A DNA stretch of 63,530 bases from Caldisericota bacterium. Its GTDB lineage: Bacteria; Caldisericota; Caldisericia; Caldisericales; Caldisericaceae. The notes beneath the pieces were generated by a model. The model was not told the origin of the DNA and ran no database searches. It worked only from the letters and a program-made list of their open reading frames with translations. The stretch lies in contig QMOQ01000001.1 in the NCBI GenBank assembly GCA_003650285.1, positions 1 to 63,530 of the forward strand, written 5' to 3'. Positions 38,717 through 49,771 of this stretch are shown piece after piece. The translations under genes and the position numbers were made by a program. Position 1 is the stretch's first letter, and every line of letters begins with the position of its first letter.

Positions 38717-41700
38717 TTATGCCACATAAATATGCGAACCTTGTTCATCTTTTGTAACACGAAGTTCATAGGGGAAACTTTCCTTTATTTCCGAAACATG
38801 AGTTATTATAAGAATTTTTTTAAACTCAGTTTTTATTGCATTAAGTTCTTCAAGCACATTTGCTTTGCCTGATTCGTCTTGACTGCCAAAACCTTCATCA
38901 ATAATCAACATTTCCAATGGCATACCAGAAAGAGATGCTAAAAAGAGAGAAATGCCAATTCTTATTGCAAGATTGATTCTAAACTGCTCTCCTCCACTGA
39001 AAAGCACATATCGCCTTCGCATTTCTTTATCGTATACTTCTATGTCTAATGTATTTTTTTCTTCACCTTTTCTGGTTGTTTTCACTGTTCTAAATTTTAG
39101 TTGCATTGTTCCGCCGCTCATCTTCCTTAAAATTTCATTTGAAATATCTTCTATCTGTGGTACAACACTCCTGATAATAAGGCTTTGAATTCCTTCTTTT
39201 CCAAACATATCGACACAAACATCCAGAATACGCTCATCATCATCCATCTTCGTCATCTCAATCAATTTTTTATTAAGTTTGCTTTTCTCTTCTTCGACTT
39301 TTTTACACTGCTCTTCAATACGAATCATCTTATCATGCTCGCCATGGTATTGAAAAGATATATCTTTAAATTCCTTGTCAATAGAATTGTAGTTTTCATT
39401 AACATCGCCAAGATTTTCAATTTCTTCTGCTGTTTTCTTAATTTTCCCCGTTAATTCTTTTGTCTCCTTCTCTCCTTTTTCTATCTCCTTATAAAGAGAT
39501 GAAAGATGTTTCTCTCCTTCTTCTTTACGCGCTTTTGCTTCTCTGAGGTTCAGAAAAAGCATTCGATAATCTTGCAAGGTTTTCTTCTTTCTCTTGCATT
39601 CATCAAATATTTTTTCATTGAATCCTATACTTTTTATAAATTTCCCTAATTTCAAAATTTCTTTTTTTTCTTTCGATAAAAACTCATGATCTTTGAGTAT
39701 TCGCTTCACTTCTTCCATCTCACGCAACCATTTTTCACTTTGCATCTTCATTGCATCGATATTTTTTCCAATCGCTTCTATTTTATTCTGAGAAACGGCC
39801 TGCTCAGACTGAACATCACGCAAAAATTTACTTAACTGCTGCTTCTCTTCTTCCTTTTTTTTCAATTCATCTTCTTTGACTCTTGTTTTTTCTTCAATCC
39901 CATTAAAGCCTATCACTATCGCTTTAAATTTATTCAAAGCGTCCATTTCCGCATCCGACATTACGCCCTTTTTAAGAGCAATATCTTTTCTCTTGAGTTG
40001 TGTAAGAACTTTTTCCCGCTCTGTTTCTTTTATCAATTTCGCAGCTTTTAATGAATGCATCTCTTTTGTGTACTTCACAAGATTTTCTTTTAACTCTATG
40101 AGCATTTTTGCATCTAATGCAGTTTGAATGGATTCTATTTCTCCATCCAGCTTTGAAAGAATCAGATTTTTTTTGTAAAGGAGATTTTTACTTTCAGCGA
40201 TCTCCTCTGTATATTTCAGCTCCACCTCTTTTCTATGTTCATCAGTGAGAGGAGAGCCGCAAAGAGGGCAGTTTTTTGTTTCTTCAGAAATAAAGCAAAG
40301 CTTTTCTTTGAGTGTAAAAAGATTAGCTTCCATCATTTTAATTTCACTTGAGAGAGATGCTTTTCTTTTTATAAGCTCTTCTTTTCTATTCTCCTTTTCC
40401 TCCTTCCCTTTTTCAACACGTCTGATTTTAGCTTCTGTTTCATCAATTTCTTTTTTAATCGTTTCCAATACAATTTTTTTTAGTGCGCTCTCAATATCTT
40501 TAATTTCTTTTTCTAACCTTTCTCTTTCCATATTAAGCGTAGCTAAACGCTCCTCTTTTCTTCTTTTCAATTCTCCTATTTTATTTTTTGCGTTCTCCTT
40601 TTCCTTACATAAATTACGCAAAATTTTTAATTCTTCCCTTGCTAAAAAAATGCTTTTCTCTATTTCTTTTTCTCGAACTTCTAAATCGCTCTTGCTCTTA
40701 AGCAATTTTTTATTTCTTACTTTTTCAGCTTGTCGTTCTCTAGCAAAATTTTTAATAGAATCTTGATTTTCTTTAATTCTTTCTCTTAAATCAGTTTGCT
40801 TCCGCACTTTTAATGCTGTATCTCTTTCTACAGTACTTTTAAGTAATTCCCTTTTTATTTCAGCTTGTGAAATCTTATTCTTTTTCTCCAGAAGTTCATT
40901 ATATAAATTTTCATTCTCAATATATGCATTATAGCCGTTTATTATTTCTTCCTTCTTTTTTAGTATCTCTTCCATCCGTAAAAGTTTTTCTTTTTGACTT
41001 TTGACTTCGTTTTTCTTTTGAAACAAGGTCTTATCATGCTTCTCTTTTTCTCTAGAAAAATGCTCGATCAATTGTTTAAGTTGATGCCATTTATCCAATT
41101 GTTTTCGAGCCTTTTCGTATTTCTCTGTTATTTCTTCTTTTCTTTCCTTCAAAGATACAATTTGCTTCTTCTTTTCTGCAAGAGCTTTCTCTATTTCCCT
41201 GTTATCATCTATCAATTCTCTAGTATTCTTTATGTTTATTTTAAGAGCATCTTTTAATGCCTTAATCTCTCTCCTTTCGTCCAGAGCTCTTTCGCGTGCA
41301 TATTCATAAATATCAAGGCCTAGCATCTCACGAACAATCTCCATCTTCTCTGATGGTTTTTTGGCAGTAAAAAAATCAGATTTCCCCTGTAAAATGAAGG
41401 AGGATGTAATAAATGCGTCATAATTCATTCCGATAATCTTTAGAATTTTTTCATCCGTTTCTCTTATCTTATTCTCAGAGATATTTACAAATCCACCGTC
41501 TTTTTCAACTTCCAATAAAATATCCGATTTACTGTTTATTTTATCGTATGTCCTCGTAATTCTGTATCTATCACCATTCTGCATAAATTGAAATATTACT
41601 TTTAGGTCAGTTTTTCCGGAAGATACAACGTCTTCCACGCCTTTCTTGTTCCCTTCAATCCCTCTAGCCCTACTGAATAGAGAAAATGTAATAGCATCAA

Positions 41701-41824
41701 GAATAGCAGATTTCCCCTGTCCGTTTTCGCCGGATAGAAGTCCAATATGAAAATTTGTAAAATCAAGTTTTTGTTCTGTTGTATAACTTAAAAATCCTCT
41801 AACTGTAAGAATTTCTGGAATCAT
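38717..41824 (-). CDS. sbcC: SbcC/Rad50-family exonuclease ATPase subunit
   Basis: 1035 aa. Walker A is present (GENGQGKSAILDA). Long coiled coils carry a CPLCG zinc hook. The C-terminus has the signature (SGGEQFR) and Walker B (LIIDEG). Confidence 0.9.
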   Translation of the reverse strand: MIPEILTVRGFLSYTTEQKLDFTNFHIGLLSGENGQGKSAILDAITFSLFSRARGIEGNKKGVEDVVSSGKTDLKVIFQFMQNGDRYRITRTYDKINSKSDILLEVEKDGGFVNISENKIRETDEKILKIIGMNYDAFITSSFILQGKSDFFTAKKPSEKMEIVREMLGLDIYEYARERALDERREIKALKDALKINIKNTRELIDDNREIEKALAEKKKQIVSLKERKEEITEKYEKARKQLDKWHQLKQLIEHFSREKEKHDKTLFQKKNEVKSQKEKLLRMEEILKKKEEIINGYNAYIENENLYNELLEKKNKISQAEIKRELLKSTVERDTALKVRKQTDLRERIKENQDSIKNFARERQAEKVRNKKLLKSKSDLEVREKEIEKSIFLAREELKILRNLCKEKENAKNKIGELKRRKEERLATLNMERERLEKEIKDIESALKKIVLETIKKEIDETEAKIRRVEKGKEEKENRKEELIKRKASLSSEIKMMEANLFTLKEKLCFISEETKNCPLCGSPLTDEHRKEVELKYTEEIAESKNLLYKKNLILSKLDGEIESIQTALDAKMLIELKENLVKYTKEMHSLKAAKLIKETEREKVLTQLKRKDIALKKGVMSDAEMDALNKFKAIVIGFNGIEEKTRVKEDELKKKEEEKQQLSKFLRDVQSEQAVSQNKIEAIGKNIDAMKMQSEKWLREMEEVKRILKDHEFLSKEKKEILKLGKFIKSIGFNEKIFDECKRKKKTLQDYRMLFLNLREAKARKEEGEKHLSSLYKEIEKGEKETKELTGKIKKTAEEIENLGDVNENYNSIDKEFKDISFQYHGEHDKMIRIEEQCKKVEEEKSKLNKKLIEMTKMDDDERILDVCVDMFGKEGIQSLIIRSVVPQIEDISNEILRKMSGGTMQLKFRTVKTTRKGEEKNTLDIEVYDKEMRRRYVLFSGGEQFRINLAIRIGISLFLASLSGMPLEMLIIDEGFGSQDESGKANVLEELNAIKTEFKKILIITHVSEIKESFPYELRVTKDEQGSHIYVA

Positions 41825-41827
41825 TGC

Positions 41828-42994
41828 CTATTCCTCTTTCAGAAAAGAAATCGCTCTTTTAAAAATTTCCTCTCTGTGCTTTTTTGCAAATGCACTATCC
41901 TGCCGTTTAATATATTTTTCCACAGCTTCTTCCGGAGAAATACTAAGATTCATATTGCTTCTTACAATATTATTTTGCACGGCCCGCCTATCTTCCATCC
42001 CTACAAATATCTTTGCTTCTTTTTTTGCTTTGTCTACTAATTTTTTGAATAATTTCTCATCCTGTAAATCACCTGAAAGAATTATTCTTACAATACTTTC
42101 TTTTACCCTGTCCCATTGTATAGAATCGATATCTTTATCATTGTTTATTCTTACTGTATAAAATTTGCGAGCAAAAGGGTTTTCAACAAACATAAAAGAT
42201 GTTTTTTTCATACTCTCCGAAATCTCTACATCAAAAAATCCCTTCTTATCAGTTTCCTCTCCAAAATTTATTCTGTCCAGAGAACCTGGATATACAACAG
42301 GATGTCCAAATTTTTTTGTAGAAATAATCTGCATTTTATGGAAATGCCCCATTGCAATATAAGAAAATTCCTTTCTGTCAAGTTGTTCAGTGGATACGGG
42401 AACATCTGCTGCAAAATAAATGTATTTTTCCTCTCCCACTTCGCCCTCAGATAAAGGAAGATGAGCTACAAGAACAGTAGGAAACTTCCGGTCAATTTTT
42501 CCCAAAAAATAATCAATGCCACTGAAAATCTTTTCGTTCATTATGTGCCCAACTTCTTTTTCGCTTTTCTCTCTATACTCGTCCTTTGAAAGGAGATTAC
42601 GCTTAAAAGGATATGGGACAGTTATAATATTTAAAGAATCAAGCCTGTAATATCCTATCGTTTTAGCAAGAACAACACCTTCAATCTCAAGTTCATCATA
42701 AAGATCAAGGTGAATATCTCTCATTGGATTGGGAGCGCCTTCATGATTCCCGGTAAGAATAAATACCTTCACCCCGTTTTGTACAAGTTTTTTTACAGTA
42801 TGAGCAAACCCACGTTGAATAAAAGCCGGAGGATCTCGCCTGTCAAATATATCGCCGGCAATAATAAAAAGCTTTATGTCTTTTTCTATTGCATATCGCG
42901 CAGCAAACTGAAGCGAGAAAAATGGGTTAAAATCCTTTTCCCTCTCATAAGACCTAAAACCAAGATGTAAATCAGCTATATGTATAAATCTCAT
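41828..42994 (-). CDS. sbcD: SbcD/Mre11-family nuclease subunit
   Basis: The calcineurin-like phosphoesterase motifs are present (IHIADLHLG, GDIFD, GNHE). Confidence 0.9.
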   Translation of the reverse strand: MRFIHIADLHLGFRSYEREKDFNPFFSLQFAARYAIEKDIKLFIIAGDIFDRRDPPAFIQRGFAHTVKKLVQNGVKVFILTGNHEGAPNPMRDIHLDLYDELEIEGVVLAKTIGYYRLDSLNIITVPYPFKRNLLSKDEYREKSEKEVGHIMNEKIFSGIDYFLGKIDRKFPTVLVAHLPLSEGEVGEEKYIYFAADVPVSTEQLDRKEFSYIAMGHFHKMQIISTKKFGHPVVYPGSLDRINFGEETDKKGFFDVEISESMKKTSFMFVENPFARKFYTVRINNDKDIDSIQWDRVKESIVRIILSGDLQDEKLFKKLVDKAKKEAKIFVGMEDRRAVQNNIVRSNMNLSISPEEAVEKYIKRQDSAFAKKHREEIFKRAISFLKEE

Positions 42995-43743
42995 CTTACG
43001 TGATAACCACCATCAATAAATATTGCATCTCCCGTAATGTAAGACGCGCTATCAGATAGAAGAAAAACGATGAGCCTTGCAACTTCTTCTGGTGTTCCTG
43101 TCCTTCTCAGCGGCACTCTTTCTAAAAACTTATGCCTCTCTTCAGCAAATGACTCAGAAAAAAAATCATCAGTCATCTGCGTTTTAATAAGTCCAGGAAT
43201 CACAGCATTAACCCGTATCTTTTTATCTCCCAGCTCTGAAGCAAGCGCTCTTACAAGCCCTATAACAGCTGCCTTAGAAAGCGCGTAGCCGGAAGATGGT
43301 GGATTTATTGCCCCAAAAAATGCATCAATTGAAGAAACGAAAATAACACTTCCCTCTTTCATAAAGATAAGTATTTTTTGTAACAGTTCAAAACCAGATT
43401 CAACATTGACCAGTTCCATTTTCCTTAGTTCATGCATCCTAAATGTTTCAAATGGCTCTGTATATATCACGCCCGCACAGTGCACAAAACCATCAATGCA
43501 ACATGAAAATTGTTTAATTTTATCTACCAGATGCTCAATATTGCCACTTTCTGAAAAATCATGCTGGATAGTTTTTATATTTTTATGAAGCAAAGCCACA
43601 CTCTCCAAATGTAATTTCGTTCTTCCAATAGAAATCACACTAGCTCCCCTCTCTGCAAGTAAAAGTGAGGAGGCCTTCCCTATACCGGAAGAGCCTCCTG
43701 TAATAATATATGTTTTCCCCTTAAAATACTCTAAATCATTCAC
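42991..43743 (-). CDS. Short-chain dehydrogenase/reductase (FabG-like)
   Basis: The TGGSSGIG cofactor motif and the YxxxK catalytic motif (YALSKAA) are present. Confidence 0.8.
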   Translation of the reverse strand: MNDLEYFKGKTYIITGGSSGIGKASSLLLAERGASVISIGRTKLHLESVALLHKNIKTIQHDFSESGNIEHLVDKIKQFSCCIDGFVHCAGVIYTEPFETFRMHELRKMELVNVESGFELLQKILIFMKEGSVIFVSSIDAFFGAINPPSSGYALSKAAVIGLVRALASELGDKKIRVNAVIPGLIKTQMTDDFFSESFAEERHKFLERVPLRRTGTPEEVARLIVFLLSDSASYITGDAIFIDGGYHVR

Positions 43744-44093
43744 TTTTTAATATTCGGTATCATGCAAAGAAACACAACTTTCTCAGTTCCAACATTTTCA
43801 TAAGCATGAGGTATGTCAGGTTCAATATAAAGAGCAACACCTTCGTCTACAATTTTTTCCTCTTCACCTACTATGACCTTACATTTGCCTTTAAGCAAAT
43901 AGATTTCATGCTCCCAGGAATGATTATGCAAGGGAATGACGGCACCTGCCTCCATTTCAAAATAACGCATAAAAAAATTTTTAGCTCCTTCTCCTTTTGC
44001 TATAAGCCATCTTATCGTGACTCCCTCTAACACTTCCCCGTTCATTTCAACGGGTTTCCCTCCCATTTTAGACGGATCAGCTATTTTCATCAT
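43740..44093 (-). CDS. Cupin-domain protein
   Basis: 117 aa with cupin His motifs (PLHNHSWEHE ... PHAYEN). Confidence 0.7.
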   Translation of the reverse strand: MMKIADPSKMGGKPVEMNGEVLEGVTIRWLIAKGEGAKNFFMRYFEMEAGAVIPLHNHSWEHEIYLLKGKCKVIVGEEEKIVDEGVALYIEPDIPHAYENVGTEKVVFLCMIPNIKK

Positions 44094-44644
44094 TTTCCTC
44101 CAAGAAATTCCTTTGCAATTCCTACTCCTTTTTCAAGTGCTTTTTCATTAGCCGAGATAAATTTTTCCTTCTTTCCTTTAAGAAATAACTTCATTGCGCT
44201 TTTCACACTATCAAGAGAAACAGGTTTTTCAATAGCTACATACACGCCAAGAAGAATCATATTCGCAGCTTTTTCGTTGCCAAGTTCTTTTGCAATAGTT
44301 TGAGCGTCAACCCCAACTACTCTTAGATCATCCCGTTTAACTTCTCTTGGAATAAGCGATTTATTTAAAACCAATAGCCCGTCTTTTTTCATCATAGGCT
44401 CAAACTTATCAAGAGAAGGAAGATTTAAGATAATAGTTGCCTCGGGATACGAAATAATAGGAGATGCAATAGGTTCATCTGAAATAATCACATCACAATT
44501 TGCAGTTCCGCCACGCATCTCAGGACCATATGAAGGAAGAAATGTGACATATTTATTCTCTTCTTTGCCTGCTTCGGCAAGAAGCTCTCCTGCCAGCATA
44601 ACACCCTGGCCGCCAAATCCAGCAATAATTAATTTCTTTTCCAT
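44090..44644 (-). CDS. 2-oxoacid:ferredoxin oxidoreductase, gamma subunit
   Basis: The AGFGGQGV motif is present. ATG 44644 follows a GGAG SD and lies 1 nt after the beta-subunit stop. Confidence 0.85.
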   Translation of the reverse strand: MEKKLIIAGFGGQGVMLAGELLAEAGKEENKYVTFLPSYGPEMRGGTANCDVIISDEPIASPIISYPEATIILNLPSLDKFEPMMKKDGLLVLNKSLIPREVKRDDLRVVGVDAQTIAKELGNEKAANMILLGVYVAIEKPVSLDSVKSAMKLFLKGKKEKFISANEKALEKGVGIAKEFLGGK

Positions 44645-44645
44645 A

Positions 44646-45392
44646 TCACTCCACCCCTTCAGCAACCTTGAACTCCCCAATGGGAAATACGGGAAGTACT
44701 TCTTGTCTTATTCTTTCCATCGCTTCTACCGGTGTCATTTTCCAATTTGTAGGACAGGAAGAAATCATCTCTACAAGAGAAAACCCTATACCATTTACCT
44801 GAGTATTAAATGCCTTTTTCAAAAACTTCTTTGCCTGAATAATATGTTGAGGGCTGTCTAATGCTGCTCTTGCAATGTAAGCAGTAGCCTCCAGTGTTGC
44901 AAGCATTTCGGGAACGTGCATTGGAAATCCGGTAAGTTTCGGATCTCTTCCGTAAGGAGAAGTTGTTGTTTTCTGTCCTATTAAAGTTGTAGGCGCCATC
45001 TGCCCTCCGGTCATTCCATAGTTCCCATTATTAATGTATACAACGGTTATTTTTTCTCCCCTTGCTGCGGCATGAACGGTTTCTGCTATACCAATTGAAG
45101 CAAGGTCTCCGTCACCCTGATATGTCATCACAAAGGACTCCGGGTGAGTTCGCTTTATGCCTGTTGCCATTGCACAGGCTCTCCCGTGAGCAGCCTCCAC
45201 TGCATCAGTGCCAATAAAATAGTATCCAAACACAGAGCAGCCAACAGGCCAGACAATAACAGTTTCTCTTGTAAGATTCATTTCTTCAAGGAGTTCTGCA
45301 ACAAGTCTATGTGCAATACCGTGAGGACAACCGGGACAATATGTAGTAGGCTTATTCGTAATTGATTCTGGCTTCTTATATACTGTCTTCAT
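44646..45392 (-). CDS. 2-oxoacid:ferredoxin oxidoreductase, beta (TPP-binding) subunit
   Basis: The CPGCPHG and GDGD TPP-binding motifs are present. Confidence 0.9.
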   Translation of the reverse strand: MKTVYKKPESITNKPTTYCPGCPHGIAHRLVAELLEEMNLTRETVIVWPVGCSVFGYYFIGTDAVEAAHGRACAMATGIKRTHPESFVMTYQGDGDLASIGIAETVHAAARGEKITVVYINNGNYGMTGGQMAPTTLIGQKTTTSPYGRDPKLTGFPMHVPEMLATLEATAYIARAALDSPQHIIQAKKFLKKAFNTQVNGIGFSLVEMISSCPTNWKMTPVEAMERIRQEVLPVFPIGEFKVAEGVE

Positions 45393-46459
45393 TATCTGCC
45401 TCCTTCCATATGCTTTTTAAACTCTTTATATATATCTTCAGCACTGGGAACAACACCTCCAAGCTTTCCATAGAAGTAAACCGGCTTTCTGCCATTTACT
45501 GCAAGTTTTACATCTTCAAGCATCTGCCCTGCATTTAGTTCAGAATCAAAGAAAAATTTCAGTTGCTTCGCTCTCTTCTCGATAAGTTTTGTCGGGAACG
45601 GCCATAAAGTAATAGGCCTGATAAGACCAAGCTTTATTCCTTCGTCTCTTGCCATGCCAACAACTGTCTTCGCAATTCTTGCAACCGTGCCAAAAGCAGT
45701 AATTGCATATTCTGCATCATCCATTTTATACTCTTCGAATCGAATTTCATTTTTTTCAATCTTTCTATATTTCTCTTGAAGACGAAGATTCATCTTTTCT
45801 AACCCTTCCGGAAGGATTTCAAGTGAAGTAATGATATTTCTCTGGTCTCTATCCCTTTGTCCCACCGTTGCCCAATCAGGTGCTTTAAATTTCTTTACAT
45901 CCACCCATTCCTTAAATTCTACAGGTTCCATCATCTGTCCCATCAATCCGTCTACAAGCACTACTGTCATAATCCTGTACTTATCGGCAAGGTCAAATGC
46001 ATCAAACATCAAATCTGCTTCTTCCTGCAAGGTATGAGGTGCAATAACAATGGAATGATAATCGCCATGCCCTCCTCCTTTAACTGCCTGGGAATAATCA
46101 GCTTGAGCCGGCGCAATATCACCAAGACCAGGCCCTCCCCTCATTGCATTGACAACCACGCATGGGACATCTGAGTTCGCAATATAACTAAAACCTTCCT
46201 GCATTAAGCTAATACCTGGGCTTGAGGAGGTCGTAATGACTCTTGTGCCCGTGCAAGCTGCACCATAAACCATATTGATTGCAGCCACTTCACTTCCTGC
46301 CTGCAAAAATACCCTTCCAAGTTTAGGCATTCTTCTTGAAAAATATTCCGGTACTTCATTCTGAGGCGTAATAGGATATCCGAAAAAAGCCATACAACCT
46401 GCTCTTATAGCTGCTTCTGCTATTACTTCAGCACCTTTCATTAATATTTTTTCTCCCAT
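45392..46459 (-). CDS. 2-oxoacid:ferredoxin oxidoreductase, alpha subunit
   Basis: The N-terminus is KGAEVIAEAAIRAGC...FGYPITPQNE. ATG 46459 follows an AGGAGAG SD. The longer track ORF would overlap the delta gene. Confidence 0.9.
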   Translation of the reverse strand: MGEKILMKGAEVIAEAAIRAGCMAFFGYPITPQNEVPEYFSRRMPKLGRVFLQAGSEVAAINMVYGAACTGTRVITTSSSPGISLMQEGFSYIANSDVPCVVVNAMRGGPGLGDIAPAQADYSQAVKGGGHGDYHSIVIAPHTLQEEADLMFDAFDLADKYRIMTVVLVDGLMGQMMEPVEFKEWVDVKKFKAPDWATVGQRDRDQRNIITSLEILPEGLEKMNLRLQEKYRKIEKNEIRFEEYKMDDAEYAITAFGTVARIAKTVVGMARDEGIKLGLIRPITLWPFPTKLIEKRAKQLKFFFDSELNAGQMLEDVKLAVNGRKPVYFYGKLGGVVPSAEDIYKEFKKHMEGGR

Positions 46460-46470
46460 AACCACTCTCC

Positions 46471-46698
46471 TTACCTTTTCACAGGCTCTGGTCTTCTTAC
46501 TTCCGCAATTGCAGCATCCGGGCAGATTAAATAACAAAATCCACAGGAAATGCAATTCTCATTATCAAACAACTCCGCAGGATGATACCCTTTTGAATTT
46601 AGTCTTTCTGAGATTTTTAACACATGTTTTGGGCATACAGAAACACAGAGCCCGCAGCTCTTGCATCTCTCTTCATTAACTAAAACTTTTTTCTCCAT
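46471..46698 (-). CDS. 2-oxoacid:ferredoxin oxidoreductase, delta (2x[4Fe-4S] ferredoxin) subunit
   Basis: 75 aa with [12 protein letters not shown] and [12 protein letters not shown]. The order delta-alpha-beta-gamma matches oorDABC/korDABG-type operons. Confidence 0.85.
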   Translation of the reverse strand: MEKKVLVNEERCKSCGLCVSVCPKHVLKISERLNSKGYHPAELFDNENCISCGFCYLICPDAAIAEVRRPEPVKR

Positions 46699-46713
46699 AC
46701 TGCCTCCTTTTAA

Positions 46714-47415
46714 CTACTCTCCCAATCGAGGAAGAGGATTAATAAACAGTTTCAATGGTAAAATTGGTAAATTTAAATCTCTGACAATATTTTGATGCTT
46801 TTCATCGACACAAGTAAAGTAAATTGGAATTTTTGTTTCCTCTGAAACATCCTTTACAATTTTATACTCATTCCGTATAACTTGCTCTGTTGTTTCCCAC
46901 CTTAAGTGTGTGTTAAAAACAAGAGCATTTATTGTAAGTTTTGATGCATCTTGAATTTGCGTCATTGCTTCAATTATTTCCTTTGTATTTGAGGTTTCGG
47001 GACGTCTTGTATTAACAACAAAAAAGAAATTATAGCTTTCTTCAGGAAACAAATTTTTGAATTGGGCAATAGCACCTGCACCATAAGGATCTCCTCCGAT
47101 ATCAAGAATTTTTTGTTTATCTTTTTCCATCAATTTACTAATAATATGAGAAGGAAGGATAGGAAGATCTATTTTTCTTGTGACATCAGGGGGAGAAACA
47201 ATCTCTATGTCATCATACATCAATATTTTATCCTTTATATCTCTTATTCTAACATACGGTTTGACGATGTCCATATCAAAAAGTACATTAGGTATGTTTT
47301 GTTCTGACATCTTGATTGCAATGTTTACCGCAATTTCTGTCTTACCGGAACCAATTTTTCCACCAAAAATCTGTGATTCTTTATCTAAAAGCGATTTTAC
47401 ATCAAACACTTTCAT
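46714..47415 (-). CDS. Uncharacterised SIMIBI-class P-loop NTPase (MinD/ParA/GPN-like)
   Basis: 233 aa. Walker A is present (GGKIGSGKTE). A DMD switch-like motif and a Walker B-like motif (ILDIGGD) are present. It overlaps the buk 3' end by 14 nt and has its own GAGG SD. Confidence 0.6.
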   Translation of the reverse strand: MKVFDVKSLLDKESQIFGGKIGSGKTEIAVNIAIKMSEQNIPNVLFDMDIVKPYVRIRDIKDKILMYDDIEIVSPPDVTRKIDLPILPSHIISKLMEKDKQKILDIGGDPYGAGAIAQFKNLFPEESYNFFFVVNTRRPETSNTKEIIEAMTQIQDASKLTINALVFNTHLRWETTEQVIRNEYKIVKDVSEETKIPIYFTCVDEKHQNIVRDLNLPILPLKLFINPLPRLGE

Positions 47416-48475
47416 ACAGTTTTACCTCTTCTTCTTTTCTTAGAATCCTTAATACGCCTTGTGCAATTGCACTTAGTTCATCTTCGCCAGGATAAACTTT
47501 TACAGGCGCAATAAATGACACCCTTTCCTTGATCCACTCAGTTAATATCTTAGAATAAGCGATACCCCCAGTAATAACAATAGCATCGACATTTCCTTGT
47601 AATACAGTACTCATTTCGCCAATGGTCTTTGCAATCTGGTATGCCATCGCTTCGTACACAAGTTTTGCGTGTTTGTCTCCATTTTTTATTCTTTTCTCTA
47701 CCTCAATTGCAGAGTTTATACCTAAATGAGAAACAAGTCCGCCTTTACCCGCAAGATTCTTCTTCATTTCTTTATAAGTATATTTTTTTGAGTAACAAAG
47801 ATTTACAAGTCCTGTTAGAGGCAATCCACCTGCACGTTCCGGAGAAAATGGCCCATCGCCATTTAAAGCATTATTTACATCAACTGCTTTCCCTTTGCAG
47901 TGTGCTGCAACAGATATGCCACCACCAAGATGTACAATGATAAGATTCAAATCTTTATATGTTTTTCCTAGCTCTTTTGCAGCTTGTCGCGCAATGAGCT
48001 TTTGGTTTAAAGCATGCCATATAGATACTCTTCTAATCCCCTTAAAACCGGAAATCTTTGCAATTTCATTCATTTCATCAACAATAACAGGGTCAACAAT
48101 AAAAGCAGGTTTGCCTATTTGTGTTGAAAAAGCATGCGCAATAATAGCACCAAGATTTGATGCATGTTCTCCGTATTTTGCGCTATTCAGATCGTTAACC
48201 ATATCATCGTTTACAAGGTATGTACCAGATTCAAGGGGATGAAGTAATCCTCCTCTTGCTCCAATCGCAGAAACTTCTTCCAACAACACACCTTTACTCT
48301 TTAGGATGCCCAGAATAAGTTTTGTCCTAAATCCATGCTGATCAATAATTTTTTTATACTGCTTAATCTCATCAATGCTATGTCGAATAGTTTCATTGAA
48401 TATTTCCTTTTCATCTTGAAACACAGCAATTTTTGTTGAGGTAGATCCCGGATTAACAACAAGGATGCGTTCCAT
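47402..48475 (-). CDS. buk: Butyrate (short/branched-chain acyl) kinase
   Basis: The ILVVNPGSTSTK N-terminus is present. It has the ASKHA fold at the 357-aa Buk size. Confidence 0.9.
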   Translation of the reverse strand: MERILVVNPGSTSTKIAVFQDEKEIFNETIRHSIDEIKQYKKIIDQHGFRTKLILGILKSKGVLLEEVSAIGARGGLLHPLESGTYLVNDDMVNDLNSAKYGEHASNLGAIIAHAFSTQIGKPAFIVDPVIVDEMNEIAKISGFKGIRRVSIWHALNQKLIARQAAKELGKTYKDLNLIIVHLGGGISVAAHCKGKAVDVNNALNGDGPFSPERAGGLPLTGLVNLCYSKKYTYKEMKKNLAGKGGLVSHLGINSAIEVEKRIKNGDKHAKLVYEAMAYQIAKTIGEMSTVLQGNVDAIVITGGIAYSKILTEWIKERVSFIAPVKVYPGEDELSAIAQGVLRILRKEEEVKLYESV

Positions 48476-48492
48476 TTACTCTCTCCTCTATT

Positions 48493-48521
48493 AAAAATGG
48501 GGGCTTTAACCCCCCATTTTT
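48493..48521. terminator. Strong bidirectional-type intrinsic terminator between gdh and buk
   Basis: AAAAATGGGGG-CTTTAA-CCCCCCATTTTT, with A/T tracts on both sides. Confidence 0.75.
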
Positions 48522-48523
48522 AT

Positions 48524-49771
48524 TTATGCCCAGCCTTTTACCTTTATAGCTTCTGCAACATGCTCCACGGCAACCATATCTGTTGCCATTCTCATTGTAA
48601 TACCACCTTCATTCTTTTTAAACATCTCATGCGTCCTATGGAATGCGTCTTTCATAATTTTCTCAAGCTTCTCATATGTTTCTTCTTCTGCCCAGTAATA
48701 ACCATATGTATTTTGTATCCATTCAAAATAAGAAACTGTTACTCCGCCAGCATTTGCAAGAATATCAGGAACAACAAGTACATTATTTTGAGTAAGAATT
48801 GGGTCAGCTTCAGGTGTCACAGGGCCATTTGCAAGTTCTGTAACAACCTTAGCTTTAATCCGTGATGCATTCTCCCCTGTAATTTGTGCTTGTAATGCAG
48901 CTGGAACAAGAATATCAACATCAAGTTCAAGCAATGCTTCATTACTAATGTCCTGTGCACCAGGAAATCCCTTTACGGTATGATGTTCTGTCTTATAATC
49001 ATAAAGAGCAAAGGGATCAATACCTTCAGGATTATATACGCCGCCTTTAGAATCTGTTGTAGCAACAATCTTCACGCCATCTTTATAAAGTAATTTTGCA
49101 GCAAATGAACCTGCATTGCCATATCCTTGAATAGCTGCAGTTGCATTCTTCATATCAAGCCCAATCACCTTTGCAGCTTCCCTTGTTACATATAAACCAC
49201 CCATTGCGGTAGCATTTCCTCTTCCTTTGGCACCGCCAACAATAAGAGGTTTTCCTGTGATAACACCAGGTGCTTTGTGTCCTACAATTTTTTCATACTC
49301 ATCTACCATCCATGCCATAATCTGTGGATTTGTATACACATCTGGGGCAGGAATATCTTTATCAGGCCCGATAAAACGAGCAATCGCATCAATATATCCG
49401 CGACTCATTCTCTCAATCTCTCCTTGAGACATTTCCTTCGGATTACAGATAATTCCGCCTTTTGAACCACCATATGGGATACCTACCACAGCGCACTTCA
49501 ACGTCATAAGTGTCGCAAGTGCTTTCACATCATCAAATGTTTCATTTGGGTGGAATCTGATACCGCCTTTTGTTGGCCCACAAGCATCGTTATGCTGCAC
49601 TCTAAAACCCGTAAAAACCTTCGTCTTGCCATTATCCATTTTTACAGGAATAGAAACTTGAAACGAACGAAGAGGATGTTTGAGAATTTCAATAATTTCT
49701 GGAGAAGTGCTCATTTTTTCACCAGCAACCTGGATCCTTTCCTGTGCTACTTCAAACCATGTTTTACCCAT
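48524..49771 (-). CDS. gdhA: Glutamate dehydrogenase (Glu/Leu/Phe/Val dehydrogenase family)
   Basis: The catalytic-lysine region ([11 protein letters not shown]) and the GYGNAG Rossmann motif are present. ATG 49771 lies 8 nt after an AGGAGG SD. Confidence 0.9.
   Translation of the reverse strand: MGKTWFEVAQERIQVAGEKMSTSPEIIEILKHPLRSFQVSIPVKMDNGKTKVFTGFRVQHNDACGPTKGGIRFHPNETFDDVKALATLMTLKCAVVGIPYGGSKGGIICNPKEMSQGEIERMSRGYIDAIARFIGPDKDIPAPDVYTNPQIMAWMVDEYEKIVGHKAPGVITGKPLIVGGAKGRGNATAMGGLYVTREAAKVIGLDMKNATAAIQGYGNAGSFAAKLLYKDGVKIVATTDSKGGVYNPEGIDPFALYDYKTEHHTVKGFPGAQDISNEALLELDVDILVPAALQAQITGENASRIKAKVVTELANGPVTPEADPILTQNNVLVVPDILANAGGVTVSYFEWIQNTYGYYWAEEETYEKLEKIMKDAFHRTHEMFKKNEGGITMRMATDMVAVEHVAEAIKVKGWA

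Noticed and set aside
40245-40766. 173-aa ORF antisense to sbcC
   Set aside because: It is a Ser/Phe/Leu-rich antisense frame of the Lys/Glu-rich coiled-coil region of SbcC. This is a typical artefact.
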